Assembly (NCBI GenBank): GCA_049663825.1
Contig: JBATEC010000183.1
Location: 1-60,465 of the forward strand
Direction of reading: 5' to 3'
Length of the DNA stretch: 60,465 nucleotides
Source: Methanothrix sp.
Lineage (GTDB): Archaea; Halobacteriota; Methanosarcinia; Methanotrichales; Methanotrichaceae
Each line of letters opens with the position of its first letter. Position 1 is the stretch's first letter. The notes under the pieces are model-generated. The model saw only the letters and a program-made list of their open reading frames with translations, did not search any database and was not told the origin of the DNA. Position numbers and translations under genes: made by a program. Positions 50,286-59,743 of this stretch are shown here, one piece after another.

Positions 50286-51182
50286 ATGGACTACCTGGAT
50301 AGATACAGGGAAATCGTGCCGGATTATGTTGCCTTCCAGGCTATACAATGCCTGCCTCTCTACAACTCCGCACGCATCAATACTCTGAAGATAAAGAGGG
50401 AAAAGCTCCTGGAAAGGCTGGAAGAAGAGGACGTGCTCTTTCAGAGCTTTGCCTGGTATCCTCTAGGCCTGAAGCTGGACATAGAGAGCCCAGGCAAGCT
50501 GCTGGAAAACCTTCTGGGCTACATTCACATCCAGGAGGAGCTGTCCATGGTGCCCCCCTTGGTTCTTGATCCACAGCCGGGTGAAAGCGTCCTGGACCTG
50601 TGTGCCTCTCCCGGCAGCAAGACCACCCAGATCTCGCAGATGATGGAAAATCGCGGCCTCGTAATCGCCAATGAGCCCTCTCTAGCACGGGTCGCCCCTC
50701 TTCGCTCGAACTGCGAGCGGCTGGGCGTTTTGAATGTGGCAGTCACCCGCTATGACGGGCGCAATTTTCCCCGTGGCCCCTTCGACCGAGTCCTGGTGGA
50801 TGCCCCCTGCTCCAGCGAGGGCCGGGAGAGAAGAGGGCCGGGAGTCATATCCAGATGCAGCCGGGAAAGATCACTGGATTTACAGGTCCTGCAGATAGGC
50901 CTTCTCAAAAATGCTCTGCGCCTGACAAAGCCTGGGGGAGTTGTGGTCTACTCAACCTGCACCTACGCCCCGGAAGAAAACGAGCTGGTGGTGCAGGAGG
51001 CGCTGGGTGAAGCGGAGGAGTTCCGATTGGAGAAGATCTGCATTGCCGGCCTTCAGGAATGTCCGGGAATAACGCAGTGGAACGGCAAAAGACTAAACGA
51101 TGAACTGTCGTGCACCGCCCGCTACTACCCTCATATCAACGACACGGGAGGTTTTTATGTCGCCAAGATCATCAAGAACTAG
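50286..51182 (+). CDS. RsmB/NOL1/NOP2-family RNA m5C methyltransferase
   Basis: VLDLCASPGSKT, DRVLVDAPCS, VYSTCT..PEENE. Confidence 0.93.
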   Translation: MDYLDRYREIVPDYVAFQAIQCLPLYNSARINTLKIKREKLLERLEEEDVLFQSFAWYPLGLKLDIESPGKLLENLLGYIHIQEELSMVPPLVLDPQPGESVLDLCASPGSKTTQISQMMENRGLVIANEPSLARVAPLRSNCERLGVLNVAVTRYDGRNFPRGPFDRVLVDAPCSSEGRERRGPGVISRCSRERSLDLQVLQIGLLKNALRLTKPGGVVVYSTCTYAPEENELVVQEALGEAEEFRLEKICIAGLQECPGITQWNGKRLNDELSCTARYYPHINDTGGFYVAKIIKN

Positions 51183-51186
51183 GAAT

Positions 51187-51642
51187 ATATTCGAGCCGCT
51201 GGACAGGTCAATCATAGCAAAGCTGTGGCAAGACCGGTTCGGCATTTCAGAGCCGGCATTTGCAGACTGCAAATTTTTCAGGAAAGCTCAGAGCATCTGG
51301 GCCATTAGCGATGTCGATCTTCCCAAAATCAGCTACGAGACCATTGGAATGCGCATCATGAGCTGCAAAGACCGCCCGTGGAAGCCCACCACTTCAGCTC
51401 TGCAAATCTTCGGCCGATACGCCACCAAAAACTTTATTCATCTGAATCAGGAAGAGGCCATGATCTTTCTGGAAGGGAGCAGCCAGGTCTTCGAATCGGA
51501 ATGCGAGATAGGCTATGTGGTGGTATTTTATAGAGGAGATGTGCTTGGATGCGGTCTATACTCACATGGCAAGCTTGTTTCCCAGATTCCCAAAGAACGA
51601 AGAATGGCAAGCGCTGCCAAGAGCGAGGCCTGCCCGGCATGA
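51187..51642 (+). CDS. NIP7/PUA-like RNA-binding protein (start uncertain, possibly ATA)
   Basis: KPTTSALQ.FG..A.KN, GYVVV......LGCG.Y...L.SQIPK; follows the rsmB-like gene. Confidence 0.75.
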   Translation: MFEPLDRSIIAKLWQDRFGISEPAFADCKFFRKAQSIWAISDVDLPKISYETIGMRIMSCKDRPWKPTTSALQIFGRYATKNFIHLNQEEAMIFLEGSSQVFESECEIGYVVVFYRGDVLGCGLYSHGKLVSQIPKERRMASAAKSEACPA

Positions 51643-51662
51643 GAGCGGCCCGAATGTGAAAC

Positions 51663-52691
51663 TTGGGGAGAGTGAAAATCCTGATGATCTCGGATGAAGA
51701 TGAGCTAAAAAGGCTGTGGCAACAGCCATTGCGACTCTTTCGCTTGTCCAATGCACTGCGGGAAAAGAGCTGCCAGGATGACGTCTCTTTTGTCATAAAC
51801 AGAAATATCAACTTCACCAATGAATGCACAGGGACCTGCCGGTTCTGCTCTTTCAAGCATGGTACTATCTATTTTCTCACGCCTGAGCAGATTTTGGAGC
51901 GCACCAGCGAAGCAGAGCGACTGGGGGCTACGGAGATCTGCCTGCAAGGAGGGCTCGCCCCAAAAATGCGTCTGGAGGATTACTGCCAGATCTTGGAGCT
52001 CATACATCGCGACTTTCCCAGGATGCATTTGCATGCCTACTCGCCCATGGAGGTGCTGCACATGTCCCGAAACTCCCGCGTTGAGGTGAAAGATGCACTG
52101 CGTGAGCTAAAAAGAAGCGGCCTTGGTTCTATGCCCGGCACGGCTGCTGAGATTCTTGTTGACTCGGTGCGGCAGAAAATATGCCCGGATAAGCTGAAGG
52201 TAGAGGAGTGGCGGCAGATAATCACGGCAGCCCACTTGCAGGGAATTCCCACCACCTCGACAATGCTCTTTGGCCATGTAGAGAGCTTAGAAGATCGCCT
52301 GCGGCACTTGCAGATTCTAAAGGAGATTTCGTGCGAGACTGGAATGATTACAGAGACTGTTCTGCTTCCATTTATTCCTGATAATAATATGCTGGGCAAG
52401 ATCGCCAGAGGTGCCGATCTCCTGGATCGTCTGAAGATGCATGCTTTGGCCAGGGTTGCTCTTTACCCCAACATCACCAACATCCAGGCGAGCTGGACAA
52501 AATTGGGCCGCGAAGCCGCTGCGGCTGCTTTGGATTGGGGGGCAAACGACCTGGGAGGGACGCTCATGGATGAGGGAATTGCTCGCAATTCCAGGGAGGC
52601 ACCCTGCATTTCCGCGGCGGAGCTGATAGGGCTGATAGAAGGGCGGGGAAAGAGAGCGGTGCAGAGAACTACCCTGTACGAAAGAGTATGA
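51663..52691 (+). CDS. cofH: FO synthase subunit 2 (CofH-family radical SAM)
   Basis: NRNINFTN.CxxxCxFC, SMPGTAAEIL, TSTMLFGH, NIQASW.KLG, GANDLGGTLM.E. Confidence 0.85.
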   Translation: MGRVKILMISDEDELKRLWQQPLRLFRLSNALREKSCQDDVSFVINRNINFTNECTGTCRFCSFKHGTIYFLTPEQILERTSEAERLGATEICLQGGLAPKMRLEDYCQILELIHRDFPRMHLHAYSPMEVLHMSRNSRVEVKDALRELKRSGLGSMPGTAAEILVDSVRQKICPDKLKVEEWRQIITAAHLQGIPTTSTMLFGHVESLEDRLRHLQILKEISCETGMITETVLLPFIPDNNMLGKIARGADLLDRLKMHALARVALYPNITNIQASWTKLGREAAAAALDWGANDLGGTLMDEGIARNSREAPCISAAELIGLIEGRGKRAVQRTTLYERV

Positions 52692-52733
52692 TCTGCAAAA
52701 GACAGCAAACTGCGACGATAAGCTTTACATATT

Positions 52734-53579
52734 TTGACGATACACTCCCTTATGGTGGGGATCATTAGAAAAATAATAGTCATCTTGTTAATCGCTTTGC
52801 AGGCATTCGTTATACCCTGGTCGGCATCGGCCAGTGATGTTACCGTCTCAGGATCATCAACCGTGATGCCCCTGGCCGAGGTTGCGGCAGAGGAATTCAA
52901 TGTCCTGCAAAAGGATTATGTGGTGACGGTTTCTGCCGGTGGGACGGGAGCTGGAATTCTGGGCATTGCCGAGCGCAAGAATGACATAGCCATGGCCTCC
53001 CGTGAGGTAACCGAGGGCGAAAGGCAAAGATTTGGCGGCTCTTTTGAGGAGTTCTTGGTCGGGCTGGACGGCATCAGCCTGGCGGTGAGTGATGAGGTTT
53101 ATCAGGCGGGCGTTAATGGATTAAGCAGGCAGCAGGTGAGAGATATCTATTCCGGAAACATTACCAACTGGAAGGAAGTTGGCGGCCCTGATAAAGAAAT
53201 TTACGTGATATCTCGAGAAGAAGGTTCCGGGACCCGTGACACCTTCAATGAGGAAGTATTGGGCAGCAGAGATGCCGAGACGCCGGGGGTTGATACCGTG
53301 GCCATGGGCGGGGCCGAGGTCAAGACAGCCATATCTGGAAGCGATAAGGCAATAGGATATCTGAGTTTTAACTATTTGGGTAACGGCGTTCATGGCATAG
53401 CCTTTAATGGATTCATGCCGAACTATGATAATATAAAATTGGATCTTTATGAGCTGCACAGGCATCTCTACTTCTATACCTTTGGAAAGCCCTCAGCCGG
53501 CGCCCAGTCATTCATAGATTTCGTACGAGGGCCACAGGGCCAGAAGATCGCAGAGGAAGAGGGTTTTATTCCAATCTAA
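52734..53579 (+). CDS. pstS: Phosphate ABC substrate-binding protein (start uncertain)
   Basis: SGSSTVMPL, DIAMASR, SREEGSGTRDTF. Confidence 0.88.
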   Translation: MTIHSLMVGIIRKIIVILLIALQAFVIPWSASASDVTVSGSSTVMPLAEVAAEEFNVLQKDYVVTVSAGGTGAGILGIAERKNDIAMASREVTEGERQRFGGSFEEFLVGLDGISLAVSDEVYQAGVNGLSRQQVRDIYSGNITNWKEVGGPDKEIYVISREEGSGTRDTFNEEVLGSRDAETPGVDTVAMGGAEVKTAISGSDKAIGYLSFNYLGNGVHGIAFNGFMPNYDNIKLDLYELHRHLYFYTFGKPSAGAQSFIDFVRGPQGQKIAEEEGFIPI

Positions 53580-53608
53580 TTTTTGGGCAAAATCCCTTTT
53601 ATAATAGT

Positions 53609-54460
53609 ATGGCAAACCATACCCTAATGAGAGCCGAAAGCATGCTATTGCTATTGTTGCTGTTTTTTATCCTGGCGGGAGCGCCCAGTGAAGCCAGAGA
53701 GGTGACGGTTGCAGTTTCGGGGTCCAGCACTGTCATGCCCATGGCAGAGCTCGCTGCCGAGGAGTTCAATATGATACAGGATACCTACACCGTTAACGTA
53801 AAATCAGGAGGTAGCGGTGTAGGCATCGTGGACGTAGCTGAGGGCAGATCGGATATTGCCATGAGCTCCCGAGAGATCCAACTGGCAGAGCGGCAGAGAT
53901 ATGAGTCGCCAAAGGTACGTTTTATTGAGCAGACGGTGGGATTTGATGCCATATGCCTGGTAGTAAGTCCGGATGTTTATGACAGCGGAGTAACAGCACT
54001 CACCAAAGATGAGGTTAAACAGATCTATGCCGGAGACATAACCAACTGGGAAGATCTTGGCGGGCCGAACACGGAAATATTCGTCATCGGCAGAAGGGCC
54101 GGCTCAGGAACCAGAGATACATTCAATGAGATCATAATGGGAAGCCGGGAGGCGGAGACTCCTGCTGTATCCTATGATGCGGGGGAGAGCTCTGAGGTCA
54201 AGTTCAGTACACAGCGCAGTGACAACGCCATCGGCTATATGGGATACAGCTTTGTCATGAGGGGGGACACTAAGGTGATTGCTCTGGACGGGGTCGCGCC
54301 CACGATTGGGAGCATAAAAAGTGGTGCCTATCCGCTGGCCAGAAAGCTCTACTTTATCACTTTGGGTGAGCCCTCGCCCGGTGCCAAGGCCTTTATAGAT
54401 TATATCTTGAGTCCAGGTGGCCAGCATATAGCTATAGAGAATGGTTTCATACCGATCTGA
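53609..54460 (+). CDS. pstS: Phosphate ABC substrate-binding protein (paralog)
   Basis: SGSSTVMP, GGSGVG, RRAGSGTRDTF, YPLARKLY. Confidence 0.88.
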   Translation: MANHTLMRAESMLLLLLLFFILAGAPSEAREVTVAVSGSSTVMPMAELAAEEFNMIQDTYTVNVKSGGSGVGIVDVAEGRSDIAMSSREIQLAERQRYESPKVRFIEQTVGFDAICLVVSPDVYDSGVTALTKDEVKQIYAGDITNWEDLGGPNTEIFVIGRRAGSGTRDTFNEIIMGSREAETPAVSYDAGESSEVKFSTQRSDNAIGYMGYSFVMRGDTKVIALDGVAPTIGSIKSGAYPLARKLYFITLGEPSPGAKAFIDYILSPGGQHIAIENGFIPI

Positions 54461-54475
54461 GGTGGGCGATTTATG

Positions 54476-54505
54476 CCTGGCCGCCTTCAGACCGGTCCGG
54501 CCAGG
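54476..54505 (+). terminator. Hairpin downstream of pstS
   Basis: CCTGGCCG...CGGCCAGG stem. Confidence 0.3.
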
Positions 54506-54776
54506 AGATTGAGGCAGTACACCTTAAAAGACATGCATTCGCGCCATTGACGGCCATTATTTTTTCGCAGGCGGCTTGAAGCATACGACGGCAAAGCATA
54601 TGCCCTTTGTATCAGACTCTGATATACAATTACTACTATCTTTCATGCAAGTCAGGGAAAAACTTGATAAATAACCTCAGAGATACTATAACGAATAATA
54701 AGAGTGTTTTTAGCTCGATCCACAAATACCTGCAATCTATTGTTGCCAGAAATCCACTTCAAAGGAGATGAATTAA

Positions 54777-55577
54777 ATGCAAATAGGAAATTGGTTTGAA
54801 GCCCCTCTGCTTTTCGTTTTGTTGGCCGCCATTGCACTGATGCCCTGGTCCGCATGCGCTCAGCCCTGCGCTGAAGGCTGCCAGTGCCTCACCGAGGCCA
54901 AGGCAAAAGAGATATTCGGCGAAGGAAATTTTCAGATGTGCACGACCGCTCCCTGCGGTGAAGAGAGATCACCTACTGGAGCTATGCTTCTTAAGTATTG
55001 CTTCAAAGCCAAATGCCCCGAAGGCTGTAGCTGCATGACAGAGGAAAAAGCCAAAGAAATGGGCTACAGTCCCTGCTCCGGTCAGAAGATATCCTGCGGC
55101 TATGATGAGAATAAGAGGCCATTGTATTGCTTCTCAGCCGCGAGCCCATGTCCTGCAACGTGCAGATGCTTGACCGAAGAAGAGGCAAAGAAGCTGGGAT
55201 ACGATAAATTCTGCCAGAACCAAAGGATGGAATGCGGCAAAGATGCCCGTGGATACCCGAAATTCTGCTATCAGATTCCAGCCGTCGTCTGTCCCACAGG
55301 GTGTACTTGCGCAAGCCGAGAAGAGGCTGCGGCAAAAGGCCTCAAGGACAACTGTCTGGATGACAATGGCAAACCCATTGTCTGCGGGATAATAGATGCC
55401 GGGAATGGACTATTCAGGTACTGCTTCAAGACGCCTGAGCCGATGAGGTGCCTGTACGACTACAACCTAGGAAAATGCGTGGGCGGCTGCTCTGCCGGCA
55501 AAAAGTGTCAGCTGAATACGATATACCGGGACCCCAAAACCTACGAAGTGACATTCGCAGAGTGCCATTGCAAGTGA
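54777..55577 (+). CDS. Secreted cysteine-rich repeat protein
   Basis: AGGAG SD; signal peptide; four C(P/A)xxCxC..E.A...G...C....CG......(Y/F)C(F/Y) repeats plus a 6-Cys C-terminal module. Confidence 0.85.
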   Translation: MQIGNWFEAPLLFVLLAAIALMPWSACAQPCAEGCQCLTEAKAKEIFGEGNFQMCTTAPCGEERSPTGAMLLKYCFKAKCPEGCSCMTEEKAKEMGYSPCSGQKISCGYDENKRPLYCFSAASPCPATCRCLTEEEAKKLGYDKFCQNQRMECGKDARGYPKFCYQIPAVVCPTGCTCASREEAAAKGLKDNCLDDNGKPIVCGIIDAGNGLFRYCFKTPEPMRCLYDYNLGKCVGGCSAGKKCQLNTIYRDPKTYEVTFAECHCK

Positions 55578-55609
55578 GGATACCGGCCACAGGTTTGTGC
55601 TAGTCTGGC

Positions 55610-56190
55610 TAAGTTAGCTGGGCCCATCCAGGAGCCGCAGGTAGTACACCACAGATGCCACCAGCGGCACAAACCCGGCCAGGAGCGCAAAGTTAAGCCC
55701 GCTTAAGAGTTAGGTGTTTGTAGCTCACCAGCTCCCGGTAGAGCTGCTCGGCAAGCTGCGGCGAGCTTAAGTTCGTCCGGTATGTCTCGGGCGTGAAGAC
55801 GCGTACGGCAAAGAAGAGACAGACCAGCCACAGGACAATGGGGCTGACGAAAAGCAGGATGCGAAGCCACGCTTCCGGGCCCTGCACGGCCATGACTTTG
55901 CGCAGGTCATGCCTGCCCCCAGGCCGGCGTAAAAAGGCCCGGCCAGTGCCATGGTCGCCCTTAATGAAACTGACTCAGTGAAGAACGCCGCAGTTGGTGC
56001 AGCGTCGCCCCAGGGCTCCGTGGCCGTCGAAGTGAACGATGTCGTAGCCGTTCAAAATCTCGCTTCGCAGGCTCTCCACCGTGGGCGGGCGAAGCATCTT
56101 CAGGAAGGCAGGTGCCTGCACCCGTCTCAGGCCATTTTGCAGGGCCCACTGGTCGGCCAGGTTGGGCAGGTCCGACAGGTACAATCCGAC
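55610..56190 (-). pseudogene. Remnants of a CHAT (caspase-like) domain and a membrane protein
   Basis: LRPPTVESLR......YDIVHFDGHG CHAT motif; downstream TM segments interrupted by a stop. Confidence 0.6.
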
Positions 56191-56224
56191 GCTTACAAAA
56201 ATTGATAGTTGCGCGCAACTATGC

Positions 56225-56590
56225 TCAGCCTTTTGCAGATCGCAGGATCAAGAGATTTCTCTTCCGATCAGCATGGAAGGGCTTGACCTCGATGGTCTCC
56301 TTCATGCTCGTGACCAGTCTTGAAAAAACTGTCTTGCTTAGCTGCATCTTTTGGCGGCAATCTTTCGCGAACATCTTGCCGCCATTTGCGACCAGGAGGG
56401 CTCGGAGGACCGTGGCCCGGTCTGCCTGTGTCTTGGGGTGCTCCTGCTCTTCCTTGAATCGCATGTCGTCTGTGCGCTGTGCTGGTCTCGCCTCGTTTCG
56501 TGCTATCGGGTCGGCTTGGGCGGCTATCCGGGATCGCGGCCTGGTACTGGGCATGGGACGCCCGCATGCCAGGGGGGCCGGGCTCCGCAA
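56225..56590 (-). pseudogene. N-terminally truncated winged-helix protein
   Basis: RATVLRALLVANGGKMFAKDCRQKMQLSKTVFSRL..D.KR; unrelated GC-rich sequence upstream. Confidence 0.55.
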
Positions 56591-56973
56591 GACGGCTGCG
56601 CTTGCGGTCTCGCTGGTTAGTGTCGCTCGCTGGCTTGGAGCTGCAGGGGCGGCAGGGATGAGGCCGGGGCGGCGTGGGTGGCAGGAATCCGGTCGAGCGG
56701 GGATGGCCGGGACGCCCTTGGCTGGAGATCCTTCGGGGAGGCAGGAGGCCAGCTTGGCGACTGCCTTGCGGCTGAGCGGGGATCACGGCGGGTACTGGGC
56801 TCAAGGCAAAAGGGCCTATCCGAGGATGAGGCCCTACAGAAGGCCCGAAAAATGAAGGCTGATGATCTTGGTATCAATAAGACCCTAAGAACCGCTCTCC
56901 CAATTTTCTACGTCATCTACGAGACTACTTTAAACCAACAACGATACTGGCCCAGCAACAAACATTTATTGAT

Positions 56974-57432
56974 TTAAATCTTAATTTTCTTAATATCCTT
57001 TGAAACATCAGGGTATATACTCAATATATGTCCTCTTCTATCTTGGGGATCAGGCAGAACCTCAATTAAGCCTTCATTCTTGGCGCATTTTAATGTTCTA
57101 TAAAGTTCGTCTTTACTTAATCCCATGTATGTCTTTATAGATGACGTGGTCAAAGAGCCACCATAATCACTAATTAGGAGAATCATTGAATCTACACGCT
57201 TTTTTACTTCCTTTCCATGACTTTTCTTTTTGCTCTCTAAAACGATTATGCGCTGCCTGTTCTTCATTAGCTCTTCTCTTAGAAAACAGATTTCGAGCCT
57301 GAGCTCCTTAACTTCATCGCGAAGTTCATGAAAGATCGCGTTTTTCAATGAATCAGAAGAATAAGAGGGTGTATCCTCACAAGCATCTGGACCGAATGTA
57401 GTAACATTTTCGCGAGATACCTTGCCGGGCAC
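56974..57432 (-). CDS. Coiled-coil + winged-helix (MarR-like) protein
   Basis: GAGGTG SD; GGSLTTSSIKTYMGLSKDELYRTL...GLI...DPQDRR. Confidence 0.7.
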   Translation of the reverse strand: MPGKVSRENVTTFGPDACEDTPSYSSDSLKNAIFHELRDEVKELRLEICFLREELMKNRQRIIVLESKKKSHGKEVKKRVDSMILLISDYGGSLTTSSIKTYMGLSKDELYRTLKCAKNEGLIEVLPDPQDRRGHILSIYPDVSKDIKKIKI

Positions 57433-57751
57433 CCTGACACCTCAAACTCGACATAGATCAGATAGATTGCCAATCGTACGCAGTCTAAGCAAATAAATCT
57501 TTCTGTATTTCAGTATAAAGTTAATAGGGCAATCAATTCTATTAACACCAATTCTCTTTTATTTTAAATTATTTTATATGTTTACATACATATTGTTTTA
57601 GTAAATCGAATATTTTACCAAACAGTGTTCTTTTAATTATTAATTCTGGAAATTTTAGGAGCTAATTGAGGCATGAATGATTGTCAATTTTCTAATAATA
57701 TTATTTGATAGTATTAGAGAAAGTCTTATTTAGTCAGTTAGCAGAGAATAT

Positions 57752-58027
57752 TTGGGAGAAGGCATGACAACAAAACAGGTTCGTCCCGATCTAGAAAAGA
57801 TGATATCTTTGGGAAGAAGAGGTATCATCTATCCAGATCATATGGAGAGATGGGAGCAATTTAAAAAAGAGTGGAGTGAAGAGGACTTCGTGTTCTGGGA
57901 TCAACTAATGGAGAAAATGAAAGTAGATGATGCAGGCACATTGAAGCTTAGCTCGCCACTATCATCAAGTGAAAAAAAATGGTCAAAAAATTTCATTCAT
58001 AGGGCAGAAGAGAAGGGACTATGCTAG
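57752..58027 (+). CDS. Hypothetical protein (stop codon lies in the MITE CTAG)
   Basis: 91-aa ORF after an AT-rich promoter-like region. Confidence 0.55.
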   Translation: MGEGMTTKQVRPDLEKMISLGRRGIIYPDHMERWEQFKKEWSEEDFVFWDQLMEKMKVDDAGTLKLSSPLSSSEKKWSKNFIHRAEEKGLC

Positions 58028-58131
58028 TGTCTCGTCAGCTATGTAATGTCAGATAGGGCCATGATAGTTTGACCCTAGCATCATCTGTGGTGAATATACT
58101 TTACGACACTATGATCATGACGAGACACTAG
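58024..58131. mobile_element. MITE (108 bp)
   Basis: Perfect terminal IR CTAGTGTCTCGTCA...TGACGAGACACTAG, CTAG at both ends, no ORF. Confidence 0.8.
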
Positions 58132-58209
58132 TACATCTTGGCGCATATAAATCTAAGGATACGGTTTTATATATAATCATTGGCAGATACTCTGCAAACG
58201 GGGAGTATC

Positions 58210-58567
58210 ATGCCGGGTCCGAAACCATCAGCGATCAACTTGAACGACGTCGAGCGCCAAAGTTTGGAATTGCTTGTTCGTCGTTATACTACAGGACAGC
58301 AAAAAGTTATCCGAGCACGGATTGTTTTATTGGGCTGCGATGGGGAAAAATAATCGCGAAATCGCTAATGAATTGGAGGTGTCCTTGGACACTGCTCGAT
58401 TATGGCGGCAACGATGGCTGGACTTGCAGCTGATCTCTTTGGACGATCTGAGCATTGAAGAACGCTTGGATTGCCTGCCAAGACCTGGAGCACCACCACG
58501 TTTAACTGCGAACCAGATTTGTCAGCTTGTGAAAAGAGTAAAAAGAGGGATTTTCTTGCAGGCATAA
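58210..58567 (+). pseudogene. IS630-family transposase N-terminal fragment, frameshifted
   Basis: ERQSLELLVRR...RARIVLL, frameshift near GGGGAAAAA, then N.EIA.EL.VS..T.RLWR.RW...LPRPGAPPR. Confidence 0.8.
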
Positions 58568-58762
58568 GACTTGATTACATGCAAAGCTGTTATATGACGC
58601 TAATCTCCAGTTTTCTCGGCAAGAGTGAGACTTCAGCACACATACGCCGCATGCATTGAGTTCTATGTCGCCTCTCAAAGGTCTTAAAAATCTATCATTA
58701 ATTTCCATGGGAAATGAAGGGGTTAAAAAACTTATACACTAATTTAAATATCAATTATAGTG

Positions 58763-58942
58763 AATCTTCGCGGAGCGAATACGACGATTTGCTGCAGCTA
58801 AAGTCGGGCGTGATGAATAGATCCTCTAGGTCTATAGATATAAATCATTTTTAAAAAAGAGAAGCAGTAATTAGTTAATGAATAATTCTTAATATGAACT
58901 ATCCATAGAGCTAAATTGGTCGTCTTCGCTCAGCGATAGATT
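58763..58942. repeat. Imperfect ~30-bp inverted repeat pair around an AT-rich core
   Basis: AATCTTCGCGGAGCGAATACGACGATTTGC versus reverse complement AATCTATCGCTGAGCGAAGACGACCAATTTAGC. Confidence 0.6.
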
Positions 58943-59204
58943 AAAGTGGCTAAATATCTATAACTCTTATTTATTGAGATTAAATAAGAATATTCGATCA
59001 CAGGGTTGCAGGATGTCTATTTGCGAGATGTGCGAACTGATTTATGCTCGTTCTATATGAAAAAAATTTATATATAATAGCTTAAAGGACATCGAACCGG
59101 AGAAAAGATTTATATACTAAAAAAGTCATTATTATGTATTCAAGCATTTGCTGATCAAGAAATTTGCCCTTGGGAAGAAGGTTGCGACTTAGGGAGGGAA
59201 TAAC

Positions 59205-59342
59205 ATAGGACGACCAAGGAAAAATAGGGAACTACTGATTGGCAGGGCAGGAAGAAACGCAATTGAGAGCGAAGACATCGCAAGGGATGCTATCCGATGG
59301 GAAAGACGAAAGCAAACGATAGAGAAACTCAGGAGTGAATAG
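59205..59342 (+). CDS. AT-hook microprotein, 45 aa (ATA start)
   Basis: TATA box TTTATATA at 59109, GGGAGGGA SD; (M)GRPRKNRELLIGRAGRNAIESEDIARDAIRWERRKQTIEKLRSE. Confidence 0.5.
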   Translation: MGRPRKNRELLIGRAGRNAIESEDIARDAIRWERRKQTIEKLRSE

Positions 59343-59384
59343 CAAGCTGCAAGAATATCATTCGATTTAACTAAAAGGAGAAGG

Positions 59385-59442
59385 TAAACGGCTCAGTTGG
59401 TAGATAGCACGGAATTGAGGGTAGTCTATTCTGAGCCGTTTA
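59385..59442. other. Strong hairpin (terminator or antisense sRNA)
   Basis: Perfect 12-bp stem TAAACGGCTCAG/CTGAGCCGTTTA; minus-strand TTTAAATA box at 59467-59474. Confidence 0.55.
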
Positions 59443-59743
59443 TTCATTAAATATCATTATGTATAGTATTTAAACATTATCCATATTTTGTTTAGGTCAT
59501 AGAACATGAAGCTAATCGCAGTGGATATAACTGGTCTTCTCCATGGCATTTGGTGGGCATTGTCTCGCGATGGATCCGTCCTATGGCTCTATGCTTCTGG
59601 AGACTTTACATCTAAAGTCGGTTCTGCAACTAGCCACTGGATGGCAACTGACAGGATGGAGGTAATCTCCGCAGGGTAAAATCACTTCTTTTCATCCCAC
59701 AGCGCTCATATACACCCTATAATCCGACCGGCCTGGAGTTCCA

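Noticed and set aside
56112..56977. Several GC-rich ORFs on both strands
   Set aside because: Low-complexity R/P/A/G translations; likely chance ORFs in debris
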